Part shown: in pieces, positions 10,056 to 20,137 of the stretch
How the letters are laid out: each line of letters begins with the position of its first letter
Position numbering within the stretch: the stretch's first letter is position 1
Source of the DNA: a virus
Lineage: Duplodnaviria > Caudoviricetes
Reading direction: 5' to 3' (one strand)
Virus record (IMG/VR): IMGVR_UViG_3300013426_000023
Span: 42,064 to 106,063 of that record
DNA length: 64,000 bases
Program-made: the position numbers and the translations under genes
The notes under the pieces: generated by a model
What the model saw: only the letters and a program-made list of their open reading frames with translations
Database searches by the model: none
Told to the model about the DNA's origin: nothing

Positions 10056-11078
10056 TTAAAAAAATGGTAAATCATTATCTATTTCCTGTAAGAGAGAAGA
10101 ATAAGAATCTTTAAATTCTTTAATTAATCTCTTTTTTCCAAAAAAATGATATATATCTGACCAATCCTTAGCTTGGTCAATTTTAGGACATTTTAATATA
10201 GAAAGTCCTGTTTTTAAAGATAAGTTATTTGCATCTTTTATACCTGCGTTATCTCCATCAAAAGCTATATAAATATGGTTAAATCGTTTTCTCAATATTT
10301 GTAGTGCAGTATCAGATAAACCTGTAGTCTCTGATTGCACATAAACACATGGAATCTGAACATTTGACCATAGACAAAGTGCATCTTTTAATGATGAGCA
10401 TATCAATAACACATCTGCTGTCTCTGGTAGTTTAGACCAAAGTCCTATAACACTCTTGTCATTGGAATTAGTCCATTTATAACCATTTTTATTATAGGGT
10501 TGATAGATTTTCTTTGTTATATTTCCTTCTTTTCTTTCAACAAAGCAATAAGCATATTTATCACAAGCAAACACATATCTTTTATTATCTTTATATATAA
10601 TTTTATGAGAAATAGGATATACTTCTGTGTACTTTACAAGATTTACATTACAACCATAACTCTCCCAATACTCAACATCATAATTTCTCCAATCCCTTAC
10701 CTTCACTTCAAGTCTAATTTGACTGTTATTACTGATAGTAATATTGTGCTTAAGGTTAGATTTTTGAATATTAATCTGTTGAGTATTAATGTTCATATCA
10801 CTACATAATTTGTTCAATAATTGAGGAAATGATATATTATATATCTTCATCAACAAATCAAACAAAGAACCTTGCTCTCCTGTAGCAAAGTCTTTATAAT
10901 GTATATGCTTTCCATCACTTGAATATATACCAAATGATGGTTTATCATCTTTCCTTAAAGGGCTTTTCATCCTAAAAGGAACTTGAGTTATACCAAAGTA
11001 ATAATTAAGAATTTGTCCTTCATTAACTTTGGTGAGTATATCTTGTAAAGAGGCAGAAGTATATCCCTTACTTATCAT
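10056..11078 (-). CDS. DNA primase (DnaG-like, TOPRIM)
   Basis: SPLRKDDKPSF, YKDFATGEQG, SSLKD, FDGDNAG, KDWSD. Confidence 0.88.
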   Translation of the reverse strand: MISKGYTSASLQDILTKVNEGQILNYYFGITQVPFRMKSPLRKDDKPSFGIYSSDGKHIHYKDFATGEQGSLFDLLMKIYNISFPQLLNKLCSDMNINTQQINIQKSNLKHNITISNNSQIRLEVKVRDWRNYDVEYWESYGCNVNLVKYTEVYPISHKIIYKDNKRYVFACDKYAYCFVERKEGNITKKIYQPYNKNGYKWTNSNDKSVIGLWSKLPETADVLLICSSLKDALCLWSNVQIPCVYVQSETTGLSDTALQILRKRFNHIYIAFDGDNAGIKDANNLSLKTGLSILKCPKIDQAKDWSDIYHFFGKKRLIKEFKDSYSSLLQEIDNDLPFF

Positions 11079-11092
11079 AACATCAATATATT

Positions 11093-12037
11093 TTAAGCAT
11101 TATCCCAAGGTGAAGAGGTAGGAGCTGTACCACTAAAAGGAAGTGCAGCATCACTATTATTAAGATTAGTCTCCTTTACACTATATTCATGTAAAGGATT
11201 ATTATCAAACTCAGTAGTTTGTAAACCTCCTGCATTTTTCTTGCTCTGAATATCCGCATCAATCTTAGCCCAATTATTGCTGTTATTCTTTAGAGTATAA
11301 TTAGTATAAAGAGTACTATACTGCTTGCCATCATCAGTAGTTCTCACACCAATCATAGCCTTAAACTTATTATTAGGCTGAAGAGTTACAATATCCTTAA
11401 GCTCTGAGAAATTACCACTAAAATAATCCTTAATATGGTCTAATCTACACTCAGAATCTGATGGATTATCAACCATTACCCACTCATTATTTACATACTT
11501 TTGACAAGATGGAATATTAAGATAATTCTGCAAGAACATTGTCAATGGTTCTTCACCAATAAATGCTGGTCTATAATTTGCACTGATGTTAAATTCATGA
11601 CTTACACCATCCTTTTCATAAGTAGGAATTTTATGATTCTTTACATCATCCTGTGTAGCCCATGCAGTTCTTCCGTATTCATCAATTACTTGACACTTAG
11701 TATTATCACGGTTAGTTCTTACTTTATTTTGAATAGTAAATCTTGCAGTAAAGAACTCCTCAATTCCATTATTTGTCTCAGGGTCAGCTTGACAAATAAA
11801 TGTAACATGAGCTGTTTGTACTTTATTACCATCATTATCGGTAATTTCACCTACATATTCTTGGTCTTTTGTAATCTCTCTATCATAGAGTTTACTCAAT
11901 TGTTCCTTAGTAGGATTAAAGGCTCTTACAAAGAAAGAGCCTTGACCAATATATTTCTTAAACTCCGCTGCTTCTGTACTTACTTGTGACTTACCAAATG
12001 CCATAAATAAAAAGGATGTTTTAATGTTATTATTCAT
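11093..12037 (-). CDS. Putative single-stranded DNA-binding protein
   Basis: Lies between AAA ATPase and primase; flexible C-terminal tail ending LPF...SPWDNA. Confidence 0.55.
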   Translation of the reverse strand: MNNNIKTSFLFMAFGKSQVSTEAAEFKKYIGQGSFFVRAFNPTKEQLSKLYDREITKDQEYVGEITDNDGNKVQTAHVTFICQADPETNNGIEEFFTARFTIQNKVRTNRDNTKCQVIDEYGRTAWATQDDVKNHKIPTYEKDGVSHEFNISANYRPAFIGEEPLTMFLQNYLNIPSCQKYVNNEWVMVDNPSDSECRLDHIKDYFSGNFSELKDIVTLQPNNKFKAMIGVRTTDDGKQYSTLYTNYTLKNNSNNWAKIDADIQSKKNAGGLQTTEFDNNPLHEYSVKETNLNNSDAALPFSGTAPTSSPWDNA

Positions 12038-12064
12038 TTCTTTAAATATTTAATATGTTAATAA

Positions 12065-12535
12065 TTAATCTAAATTCTCTGGAAATACTTTTTCTTCTGT
12101 ACTATTTTCTACATTATCTATACTACTTGTAGACTCTGTTGATTCTGTAGTGTTTGTAATATCAACAGGTTCTACATTATCAACAATAGATTCTACTGAT
12201 GATTCTGATTCATTTACTTCCTCTACAGGAACAACAAATGTAAGTACTCTTTTCTTAAGTTGATACTTATTATCTTTGTCCATCTTAGGAGTACCATCCT
12301 CATTTACTTGTGGAATATAGTCACACTTAATGAGCTGACCAGATGTATAACCAGTGAGATTCTTTACACCATTCTCTGATGATTCAATAAAAGTATTAAG
12401 GTCTTCCTTCTCTTTTGTAAGTTCCTCAATTTTCTTATCAATTGAATCAATCTTCTTATACATAGGAAGATTATTCAAAAAGATTCTCTTAATACTAGCA
12501 ATTTCTCTACTTGTAAGTTCTGTTAATGCTTTCAT
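12065..12535 (-). CDS. Hypothetical coiled-coil protein with acidic S/T/E tail
   Basis: ORF composition. Confidence 0.7.
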   Translation of the reverse strand: MKALTELTSREIASIKRIFLNNLPMYKKIDSIDKKIEELTKEKEDLNTFIESSENGVKNLTGYTSGQLIKCDYIPQVNEDGTPKMDKDNKYQLKKRVLTFVVPVEEVNESESSVESIVDNVEPVDITNTTESTESTSSIDNVENSTEEKVFPENLD

Positions 12536-12613
12536 TTTAATTTAAATTTAATATATTAATATTATGTTATTTCCTCCATTCATTAATTTTTTATTTTTTT
12601 ACTAAATATACAA

Positions 12614-13297
12614 TTATCCATTGTAATATTCATCCATTGCCTTTACGACAAGTCCTAAATCATTAGGAATAAAATCCTTATCAAACATTTCTGCTGGTGA
12701 TTTAGCTGGTATCTCAATGTTTCCATCAAGACATTTATGAGTATAAAATCCATATATAGGATTTTTATTCTCATCATATTTTACAGTTGAATATAACAAC
12801 ATTGGAACAACCTCAATAGGATTATATGAATTATCAATCAATTTACCTATTGTTGAAGGTTTATAACCAACAATAACATTGTCTGATACTATATCTTCAC
12901 TATGCATGATAAGAAATACATTCATATTCTCTCTCATATTTTCAGCAGTACTAATAATACTTTGAAAATGAGAAGCCATATCTACAAATTTATTAAAGCC
13001 AGTCTGTTTAGCTGTCTTGAAATATTCCTTTCTCATAATATAAGTTGCATCATCAATTACTACATTTCTTACATTATGAGCTTTATCACTAATAGCTTGC
13101 ATATAGGATATAATATCACTAAAACTATCCAACATGAATAGATTTTTATTCTCTGTATTATAAATCTTTCCACTACCTTTAAATGGTAATTTTTTCTTTA
13201 ATACATTGAATATAACTGTTGATTTTGGGTCTAATGTCTTAATAGAAGTTGATTTACCACAACCAGACTTACCCATGATTAAAACTACATTTGCCAT
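12614..13297 (-). CDS. AAA ATPase (Sak4/AAA_24-like)
   Basis: Walker A GKSGCGKST, Walker B VVIDD, AKSP motif. Confidence 0.85.
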   Translation of the reverse strand: MANVVLIMGKSGCGKSTSIKTLDPKSTVIFNVLKKKLPFKGSGKIYNTENKNLFMLDSFSDIISYMQAISDKAHNVRNVVIDDATYIMRKEYFKTAKQTGFNKFVDMASHFQSIISTAENMRENMNVFLIMHSEDIVSDNVIVGYKPSTIGKLIDNSYNPIEVVPMLLYSTVKYDENKNPIYGFYTHKCLDGNIEIPAKSPAEMFDKDFIPNDLGLVVKAMDEYYNG

Positions 13298-13326
13298 ATT
13301 ATTTCTTCTACTTCTTATAGGAATTG

Positions 13327-13334
13327 CAAAAATA
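13327..13334 (-). promoter_or_regulatory. Possible Bacteroidota -7 promoter box
   Basis: Minus strand TATTTTTG(CA) about 30 nt upstream of the AAA ATPase start. Confidence 0.5.
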
Positions 13335-13345
13335 ACATAAATATT

Positions 13346-14518
13346 TTACTCAAGCAAACCTTTAACTTTATTTATTATACTATACATAAGCATACTAATA
13401 GACGTCTTAACATCATTAGTACTTCTTATTTTATGAAGATACTTATAAACTTTGTCAAGTTCTACCTTATTATTAGGTAATGGTAACTCATCAAAGTAAT
13501 TAATAGCACCATCAAAGAATAAAGGACATATACCATTAGATTGTCCATTTCTATTTAATACTACCTCAAGTACTCTAAAATTACCTTTTAATTGTTTAAT
13601 ATCATATCCTAAATACTCAGGTAATTCATAAGAGAAAGGATTAGTAATACCTAACATTATACTACAATCCTTAGCTGTATATTTACTATCACTTAAACCA
13701 GCCATTGTAGGTCTAATCTTATTATTTTTAAATGCATCAAGATTAGTAGTTTCTGTTGATTGCTGTTGAACAGCAACAGGTATATAATTATATCTATTTC
13801 TAAATATAATCATATATTCACTATACTTATTAATACATTCTCTAAGAGTCATACCTCTCTCCTGTTCCAACAATGATATATGGTCAGTAATTATAAATAC
13901 ATATTCATTAGGATTATCTGGCTCATAATAATCAAAACATTCTCCTTCTTTCTCTTGACCCCATTCATCCTTATATTTATATTTTTTCTTATGTGTTTTA
14001 CCATGTGTATCTGCATAAGATTTTACTGTTTTCCAAATACCTGTTGGATTTCTATCTGATTGAAATGATACTACTTCTTCATAATAAGACATTATATTTT
14101 TATACTTATCTGAATTAAGCAAGTCTAATATCTTAGTGTCAACTGGTTTCTTATTATCAGTTGATTTTAGATTTGTAGGACTTATCCTAATATTATCAAA
14201 TATATATAATAAATATGCCATAAACCTAAGAGTTATAGCTTCTTCAGTTTCTTCCAAATTATAATAAAATATCTTAGGTTTTATTATGTCTTTATGTTTA
14301 TATGAGTACAATATAGTATTATATACAAATAGAAAATTTGTAAATTGTGTTTTACTTGCTTTTGTTGCACCACTAATTAAATAGTATGTCCCTTGTTCTA
14401 TTCCAGGAATTTCACTTCTAAACCTATTGAAAGGAAGAGGAATACAATTAATTTCTCCATTAATTATTTTCTCTCTTCTTTTCTTTAGAATATTAAGTAC
14501 TCTTTCTCTTAAACTCAT
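13346..14518 (-). CDS. DnaB-like replicative helicase
   Basis: GATKASKT P-loop variant, YNLEE, IITDHISL, VQQQ, LSDS, VLNRNG. Confidence 0.8.
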   Translation of the reverse strand: MSLRERVLNILKKRREKIINGEINCIPLPFNRFRSEIPGIEQGTYYLISGATKASKTQFTNFLFVYNTILYSYKHKDIIKPKIFYYNLEETEEAITLRFMAYLLYIFDNIRISPTNLKSTDNKKPVDTKILDLLNSDKYKNIMSYYEEVVSFQSDRNPTGIWKTVKSYADTHGKTHKKKYKYKDEWGQEKEGECFDYYEPDNPNEYVFIITDHISLLEQERGMTLRECINKYSEYMIIFRNRYNYIPVAVQQQSTETTNLDAFKNNKIRPTMAGLSDSKYTAKDCSIMLGITNPFSYELPEYLGYDIKQLKGNFRVLEVVLNRNGQSNGICPLFFDGAINYFDELPLPNNKVELDKVYKYLHKIRSTNDVKTSISMLMYSIINKVKGLLE

Positions 14519-14844
14519 TAGAATGTCTTAATATAATCCTTTTGATTCTGTAAGTGTTCAGCATTCTTATTAAGAGTATATTCAAGATTATCTTTGTATT
14601 TACTTATAATCTTGATTCTATTTGTAAGAATTTCATTATATTTTACGTAAGCATTTTTTTCAGCTCTTGCTCTTGCAAGTTTTTTACCTTTTTCTAAGTT
14701 AAAATCCTCATTTTTAGCAATTGCAACACCTACAGTATTAATTTGGTCAAAAGGAACACCAAACTTTGCGTTGCATACTACTACTTTGTTACTCTCATCT
14801 ACCTTGAATGAAAATTCAAGTTGTCTCATTTTAAAATTTTCCAT
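14518..14844 (-). CDS. Conserved phage protein
   Basis: GVAIAKNEDFNLEKGKKLARARA motif common in phage proteins. Confidence 0.7.
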   Translation of the reverse strand: MENFKMRQLEFSFKVDESNKVVVCNAKFGVPFDQINTVGVAIAKNEDFNLEKGKKLARARAEKNAYVKYNEILTNRIKIISKYKDNLEYTLNKNAEHLQNQKDYIKTF

Positions 14845-14940
14845 TTTACTTTTAAATTTAATATATTAAACAATAAAGTTATTTATTAATAATAATAGGA
14901 GTATCTTCTTTAAAATATTCCCAAGTTATATAGTTATCTG

Positions 14941-15561
14941 TCATTTTAATTCTGTTGTCCAATCATTTGAAATATTATCTTCTTGACCTTCATTTTCAAT
15001 ATAAGATAACAATTGAGAATTATCTTCTGTAGAACCATCAATACCAGTAGTTCTTTTACTTATGAAATATTTAAGAAGTTGCATGTATCTATAGTTACCA
15101 TTAAATGAATTAACATATTTTTTAACTGCATTTATTGCCTGTTCGTCTGTGAAATCTACTTTGAATTTTCTTACTAAATTTTTTAATCTTAATGCTATTA
15201 TATTAGTAGAATCTCTCCATTGATAAGCAGTTCCTTCTTTTCTCCCTTTTGGATATAATTCTCTCAATTTATCTGCCAATACAACAAATCTATCTTTTAA
15301 TTCATTTTCTACTGGAACTAGTTGCTGTATTTCACTATTAAGTACTAAAGCTTCTATTACGTTTATACCATATTGGTTTATCTTTACATTCTCAGCATAT
15401 CCTCTACTAATAAAATCATATTGAATCATACCTTTATTACATAAGGATTTAAATGTAGAAAGCTCTATCTTCTTTTTAAAATAGAGAGAAACAAGATACA
15501 TACATTCATCTATAGTTAATCCTGTTTCTTCTATTTTGTCAGTATCTATTATTATTTTCAT
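14941..15561 (-). CDS. Putative replication initiator / helicase loader-like protein
   Basis: wHTH-like N-terminus plus LYPKGRK motif resembling replisome-organiser C-domains; upstream of the DnaB-like gene. Confidence 0.4.
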   Translation of the reverse strand: MKIIIDTDKIEETGLTIDECMYLVSLYFKKKIELSTFKSLCNKGMIQYDFISRGYAENVKINQYGINVIEALVLNSEIQQLVPVENELKDRFVVLADKLRELYPKGRKEGTAYQWRDSTNIIALRLKNLVRKFKVDFTDEQAINAVKKYVNSFNGNYRYMQLLKYFISKRTTGIDGSTEDNSQLLSYIENEGQEDNISNDWTTELK

Positions 15562-15570
15562 AATGACTAT

Positions 15571-16791
15571 TTATATTTTAACTTCCTTAATTTTACTAAT
15601 ATCACTTAAATTTATTATATATTCTTTATTGTAATTCTCAAGCATTTTATTTTTTATTTCTTCATCTCTTGAATTTACAATATATGGTATAATAATATAT
15701 GGATTTTTACATCTTAAACTTCTACCTACACGTTGAATACCAATAATTTCTGATGCATTTAAATTTGCAAATATAGCTACCTTACAATCTTTTAAATTCA
15801 TACCTTCATCAAGAATATGCACAGCAGTTATATGTTTTATCTTATTATTATTAAAATCATCTAATGTCTTTAAAGCTTTTGATGTCTTACTATGTATTGC
15901 ATTACTTCCAAGTATTTCAGATTGTTCAATATTATTGCAGAAAGTTAATGTTCTTTGTTCCTTTAAGAGAGATAAAATATACTTTACTGTATTATTCTTA
16001 TACATTGAAAGCCATTTTAATCTATCTCCTGCTGACCTTAGCCATTTATTTTTAATAGCTATTGACCTTGAAGACATAAATCTTTTTTTATACCAATCTA
16101 TCTGGTCTGACATATAGGAATAATATTGTCTTGCAGTACAATGAATAATTATTTTTCTATTAGAAAATCTTTTTATATAATTCCATCTTTCTTCAAAATT
16201 ACATTCTATTGGATTATTACATCTTGGATTTTTGATAATAGTATATTGTCTGTTTTTTGTATCTAACTGTATAGGAATTGTAATTATTGTAGGAGTAGGA
16301 AGAATGTTATCTTCTATAGCATCATTTAATGTATTTTTTACAATATTATAAGTACCAAAACTTTCAAAGAAATACATAATTTCTTTAGGTAATGTAGCAC
16401 TTAATACTATAATTTTTGATGTAGGAGAAATCTTCATATCTATAAAAGTTTCTCTTCTTGCTTCAGACATATGTTGAGCCTCATCAAATATCCATATATC
16501 AGCATATCTATTACATTTATCTATACTATTATAACATTTAATATCTATACCTTTTGAATGATAGTCCCATTTTTTTAGTTCATCCTTCCAGTTATTTATT
16601 AATGCTCTTCTAGGAACAAGAATATTAACTGTAATTTGTTCTTCTCCTTGTTTGATAAGTTTATCTTCTATAGCCTTTATACAATCAATAGCAATTTTAG
16701 TCTTACCACTGCCTGTACTAAGTTGTAGAATTGTTGTTCTTACGCTAAAAATCTTTTTTAGAGTGTTATTTAGCAGTTCTTCTCTTGTCAT
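15571..16791 (-). CDS. Superfamily 2 helicase
   Basis: TGSGKT, DEAQH, LSAT, LDEGMN, QRVGRSLR. Confidence 0.92.
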   Translation of the reverse strand: MTREELLNNTLKKIFSVRTTILQLSTGSGKTKIAIDCIKAIEDKLIKQGEEQITVNILVPRRALINNWKDELKKWDYHSKGIDIKCYNSIDKCNRYADIWIFDEAQHMSEARRETFIDMKISPTSKIIVLSATLPKEIMYFFESFGTYNIVKNTLNDAIEDNILPTPTIITIPIQLDTKNRQYTIIKNPRCNNPIECNFEERWNYIKRFSNRKIIIHCTARQYYSYMSDQIDWYKKRFMSSRSIAIKNKWLRSAGDRLKWLSMYKNNTVKYILSLLKEQRTLTFCNNIEQSEILGSNAIHSKTSKALKTLDDFNNNKIKHITAVHILDEGMNLKDCKVAIFANLNASEIIGIQRVGRSLRCKNPYIIIPYIVNSRDEEIKNKMLENYNKEYIINLSDISKIKEVKI

Positions 16792-17198
16792 TTAAGTATC
16801 TTTACTTTAACATGTTCTACATTTATTCTCTTTGAATCTTTTGGATGTATGAGAATATCAATCCTATGTTTATGTCTTTTATTCATAATATCCTTTACTT
16901 GATATTCTCCATATCCTTCTATATATACTCTTTTAGGCTTTCCTTTTGGAAATAACCATAATAAGTCTCTTGAGATTGCACACCATTTAATTTTATTGTT
17001 TCTTAAATGATATAAATTTATCTTTGAACCATCAGAAGTAACTAATGGTTCATTATTACATTGTGATTTAATTGGCTGATAGCAAGTCAATGTCACATGG
17101 GTTGTCTGTGCACAGCATTTCATGCAGGTAAAACATAGCATTCCTACCAACATAACAATCCATAATGCACATCTATAATTTATTCTTATTTTATACAT
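16788..17198 (-). CDS. Exported 3D-domain (MltA-like double-psi barrel) protein
   Basis: Signal/TM N-terminus; TLTCY, VTSDG, CAISRD, VKDIMN, RIDIL. Confidence 0.65.
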   Translation of the reverse strand: MYKIRINYRCALWIVMLVGMLCFTCMKCCAQTTHVTLTCYQPIKSQCNNEPLVTSDGSKINLYHLRNNKIKWCAISRDLLWLFPKGKPKRVYIEGYGEYQVKDIMNKRHKHRIDILIHPKDSKRINVEHVKVKILK

Positions 17199-17206
17199 AA
17201 CATTTC

Positions 17207-17590
17207 TTATAATATTTTCTTGTCAAACTTTGACATTAACACTACAATGCGTTTGTATTTAGAAACAACTAACCCAAAAGGGACTAATCCGTTTTTTGCT
17301 CCATTAAGAAACTTACAATCAAATCTCTTTAGTCTGTCATTCCATACTGTTTCAACAACACTTCCTGTCTCTAAGTTAGATATGATGTCACCAACATAAA
17401 TATCTTTCCCATTCATATCCTTTTCACCTGTGTACTGGCAGACGGTGGAAGGGTCAACAACATGTGAGCCTCCATTAATAGGAGCAATCATAGTCACTTT
17501 TTCTGCATGAAGCAAGTCACCTTCCACCCATTCTCCATTGTCAAGTTTCTTAGCCTTGAATTTAATATCTTCTAATCTCATATTAGTCAT
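17207..17590 (-). CDS. YopX-family protein
   Basis: IKFKAK..DNGEWVEG, TVCQYTGEKDMNGKDIYVGDII. Confidence 0.88.
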   Translation of the reverse strand: MTNMRLEDIKFKAKKLDNGEWVEGDLLHAEKVTMIAPINGGSHVVDPSTVCQYTGEKDMNGKDIYVGDIISNLETGSVVETVWNDRLKRFDCKFLNGAKNGLVPFGLVVSKYKRIVVLMSKFDKKIL

Positions 17591-17781
17591 TTTAATACAT
17601 ATTCCAAATCAAATACAAAATCTCCTAACAAGTCTATTTTCTTTCTTATTAGTTCTGCTTCCAAATCAAACTTGTGTTCAACACAAAAATTTAATTCACT
17701 CAACAGTTTATCTCTTTCAGACTTCCATTTAGCCAAAAGCTCATTTTTTTTCTATCTTTTCCATATCACTCTTCTTTAAGT

Positions 17782-17976
17782 TCAACAATAGACAAGCTCA
17801 ACTGGCTTATCGTTAAAACTCAGTTCTCTTCCTATCAGCTTCTTGATTGAGCCTTTGGGAAGTACAACTAAATTATAATAACCACCTGTAATCCATAATG
17901 AACCATTCTTAGTTTTTGTAAGTTTTGCATCGGAAATGATTTCATTTCCATTACCATTAATTCCAACCCATGCCAT
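17782..17976 (-). CDS. Small conserved phage protein
   Basis: MAWV...LPKGSIKKLIGRELSFNDKPVEL. Confidence 0.7.
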   Translation of the reverse strand: MAWVGINGNGNEIISDAKLTKTKNGSLWITGGYYNLVVLPKGSIKKLIGRELSFNDKPVELVYC

Positions 17977-17978
17977 AA

Positions 17979-18383
17979 CTATTCCTCCTCTTTTATACCA
18001 AATGGAGTGCCATCTGCAAAGGTGTAATTTTCCATTACCCCCTCATAGTCCCATCCTCTATTTCCGCAAATACTTATATCATCTTTTTCTTTATCAATGC
18101 CAGTAACCAGTATTATGTCCTCACACTTCTTGTCAAGCAAATATCCACAAGGTTGATGCTTCAACATCTCATTCCAGCATTCCTCTTTGTTGACAAAAGG
18201 ACGGTAGGTAGGAGGGGTATTGATGTGAAATTCATAATCAGAGCTATTTTCGAGATTTATCTCATCTCTTACAGCATACCATAATGATTTCATGCCATTA
18301 GAGTTTCTTCTGAACTCTATATCTTTACCTTCCGCAAAAGCTTGCAAGATAGGCAATAACTTAGCAACTTCTTCTCTTGTCAT
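17979..18383 (-). CDS. Hypothetical phage protein
   Basis: Start MTREEV after AGGAGG; LPILQAFAEGK...YRPF...TFADGTPFG. Confidence 0.7.
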   Translation of the reverse strand: MTREEVAKLLPILQAFAEGKDIEFRRNSNGMKSLWYAVRDEINLENSSDYEFHINTPPTYRPFVNKEECWNEMLKHQPCGYLLDKKCEDIILVTGIDKEKDDISICGNRGWDYEGVMENYTFADGTPFGIKEEE

Positions 18384-18394
18384 TGTTTGTCCTC

Positions 18395-18616
18395 CTAAAT
18401 AAATTCTGATTTCATCCAATCTTTTAGCCCTAGAATAGATTGTTTTGTATTGCTGTTTACTCTTTCAGTCTCACTGTCTATCTTCCAGTATAACTCATTA
18501 ATCTTATTCAATATATCACTTTTCTCTTTGTTCCACTTGTAATTGTAGAACATAGTTACAAGATAGCAGAATGCTATAATGCAAGCTAAAATAATTATAG
18601 TTATTTGTGTACTCAT
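18395..18616 (-). CDS. Small single-TM protein
   Basis: Probable start MSTQITIIILACIIAFCYLV. Confidence 0.55.
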   Translation of the reverse strand: MSTQITIIILACIIAFCYLVTMFYNYKWNKEKSDILNKINELYWKIDSETERVNSNTKQSILGLKDWMKSEFI

Positions 18617-18666
18617 ACCTCTTTCTATTTGCCCTCTCCCTGCTGTCACCAAGGAGAGGTGGTTAG

Positions 18667-18975
18667 TTAATCTGTTACTACTTCCCAATCTTCTGCAAAC
18701 ACATCTGATACAGAAGGCACCCAAGAATCAGCTCTACCATCGGGGTTGATAATCAGCATCTGATTAGTATAGTCAATGTGTGGATTCTCACGCTTCATCA
18801 AGATGTCTTTTGCCGACTGAGGAAGAGACTGCATCTTAGGGATGATGTCACCTGTAATGTGTGCAGGAACTTGCTTGACAACAAACAGACCTTTACCATT
18901 CCAACCACTACGGCGAATAGCTTCACCTTTCTTTAAGTGCTCAATAGCACAACCAAAATTAAATTTTTCTTTCAT
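18667..18975 (-). CDS. tad2: DUF2829 / Tad2-family anti-defence (immune-signal sponge) protein
   Basis: FGCAIEHLKKG...RRSGWNGKGLF...SWVPSVSDVFAEDWEVV is the DUF2829 signature. Confidence 0.82.
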   Translation of the reverse strand: MKEKFNFGCAIEHLKKGEAIRRSGWNGKGLFVVKQVPAHITGDIIPKMQSLPQSAKDILMKRENPHIDYTNQMLIINPDGRADSWVPSVSDVFAEDWEVVTD

Positions 18976-19001
18976 ATTACTACTATTTAGCCCGAAGGCT
19001 G

Positions 19002-19415
19002 TTAAACATTTATTTTACTATCTAAACCTAATCCAAAGAGAAGGTGCTGTAGTTGATGAAGCCAATTTATAGCATTGCCCCCTTTAACTTCTATTTCATT
19101 ATTGTAACAGAATGGGTAGAATGTTTTCTCTTCAACATAATATCTTAACTGGATTGATACTAAAGATGGATTATGGTATTCATAATATTCAACATCATCA
19201 TAATTTTGCCTTTTATGATGTTTTCTAAGTTCCCACTCATTCTTTTCAAGAATCTCTGGAGTAATAGGAATGCCTTTTATATCGTTTACATTTTTTACTT
19301 CTTGCCACTTAATATTATCATTATAAAAAGTGGCATAATAATCATCACTCTGTTTTATAGTTCGTATACTACCATCAATGTAGACAATATCATCCTTTAT
19401 ATATTTCTGTTTCAT
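19002..19415 (-). CDS. Hypothetical phage protein
   Basis: IPITPEILEKN...LHQLQHLLFGLG motifs of a common Bacteroidota phage family. Confidence 0.7.
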   Translation of the reverse strand: MKQKYIKDDIVYIDGSIRTIKQSDDYYATFYNDNIKWQEVKNVNDIKGIPITPEILEKNEWELRKHHKRQNYDDVEYYEYHNPSLVSIQLRYYVEEKTFYPFCYNNEIEVKGGNAINWLHQLQHLLFGLGLDSKINV

Positions 19416-19417
19416 AC

Positions 19418-19606
19418 TTACTTTCCTTTCTCAACGAATATTACATTCTTGCCATCTGAACGATTACCGCTTTCACACATTAGGAAACAAGCTCCCCTCA
19501 CTGGTGTGTCAAAGAAGAAACACCCTTCGCAAGGATGCTTTGGGTTGTTAAATGTATTCTCCTTAACCTCCAAGATGATTTCTTCACCAACCTTATATTC
19601 CTTCAC
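19418..19606 (-). CDS. Small Cys-rich (Zn-binding-like) protein
   Basis: CEGCFF...C...C...RSDGKNVIF. Confidence 0.65.
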   Translation of the reverse strand: MKEYKVGEEIILEVKENTFNNPKHPCEGCFFFDTPVRGACFLMCESGNRSDGKNVIFVEKGK

Positions 19607-19788
19607 TGCTCACCTCCTATCTTGTCAAGTTTGTCACAAATAAATGAAGAACCCATAGCACATGCAAACACCAATGGTATGTTCCATAATGAGCTACTGC
19701 TCACTCCTGTATACTCAATCAAATTCTGTAACATGACAAATGTCAAAACAAAATAACAAGTGAAACGCTTAATCAATGTCCAAATCAT
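19603..19788 (-). CDS. Small two-TM membrane protein
   Basis: Two hydrophobic segments; coupled start and stop. Confidence 0.55.
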   Translation of the reverse strand: MIWTLIKRFTCYFVLTFVMLQNLIEYTGVSSSSLWNIPLVFACAMGSSFICDKLDKIGGEQ

Positions 19789-20135
19789 TTCTCACCTCCT
19801 TTCTGCTCTAACAAATCATCAATGTAACACCAATGTTTTATTGATATTTTTTCAACAAAGTGCTTCCAAAACTTAATTTCTTTTATTTGGAATACAGAGG
19901 AGAACCCACCATATTTATATTGAACCAATATCCACTGTTCATATCCTTCTGGCTCTTCCCCAGCAGGATGCCACAGGTCTTTCAAGAACTCTTGGATTGC
20001 CCAGTGAGCACCTTCTGAAAAAGCATTTTTCAATTCAGGTTTTAATGACATTTTCCAGTTTCTACCTATGATTTGGCAATTGTTGCTTGCACCATAGGTG
20101 CTTGCAGCTTCTTCCATCTTCTTTTCGTCTAACAT
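19785..20135 (-). CDS. Hypothetical phage protein
   Basis: Start MLDEKK; LWHPAGEEP...WCYIDDLL. Confidence 0.7.
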   Translation of the reverse strand: MLDEKKMEEAASTYGASNNCQIIGRNWKMSLKPELKNAFSEGAHWAIQEFLKDLWHPAGEEPEGYEQWILVQYKYGGFSSVFQIKEIKFWKHFVEKISIKHWCYIDDLLEQKGGEK

Positions 20136-20137
20136 AA

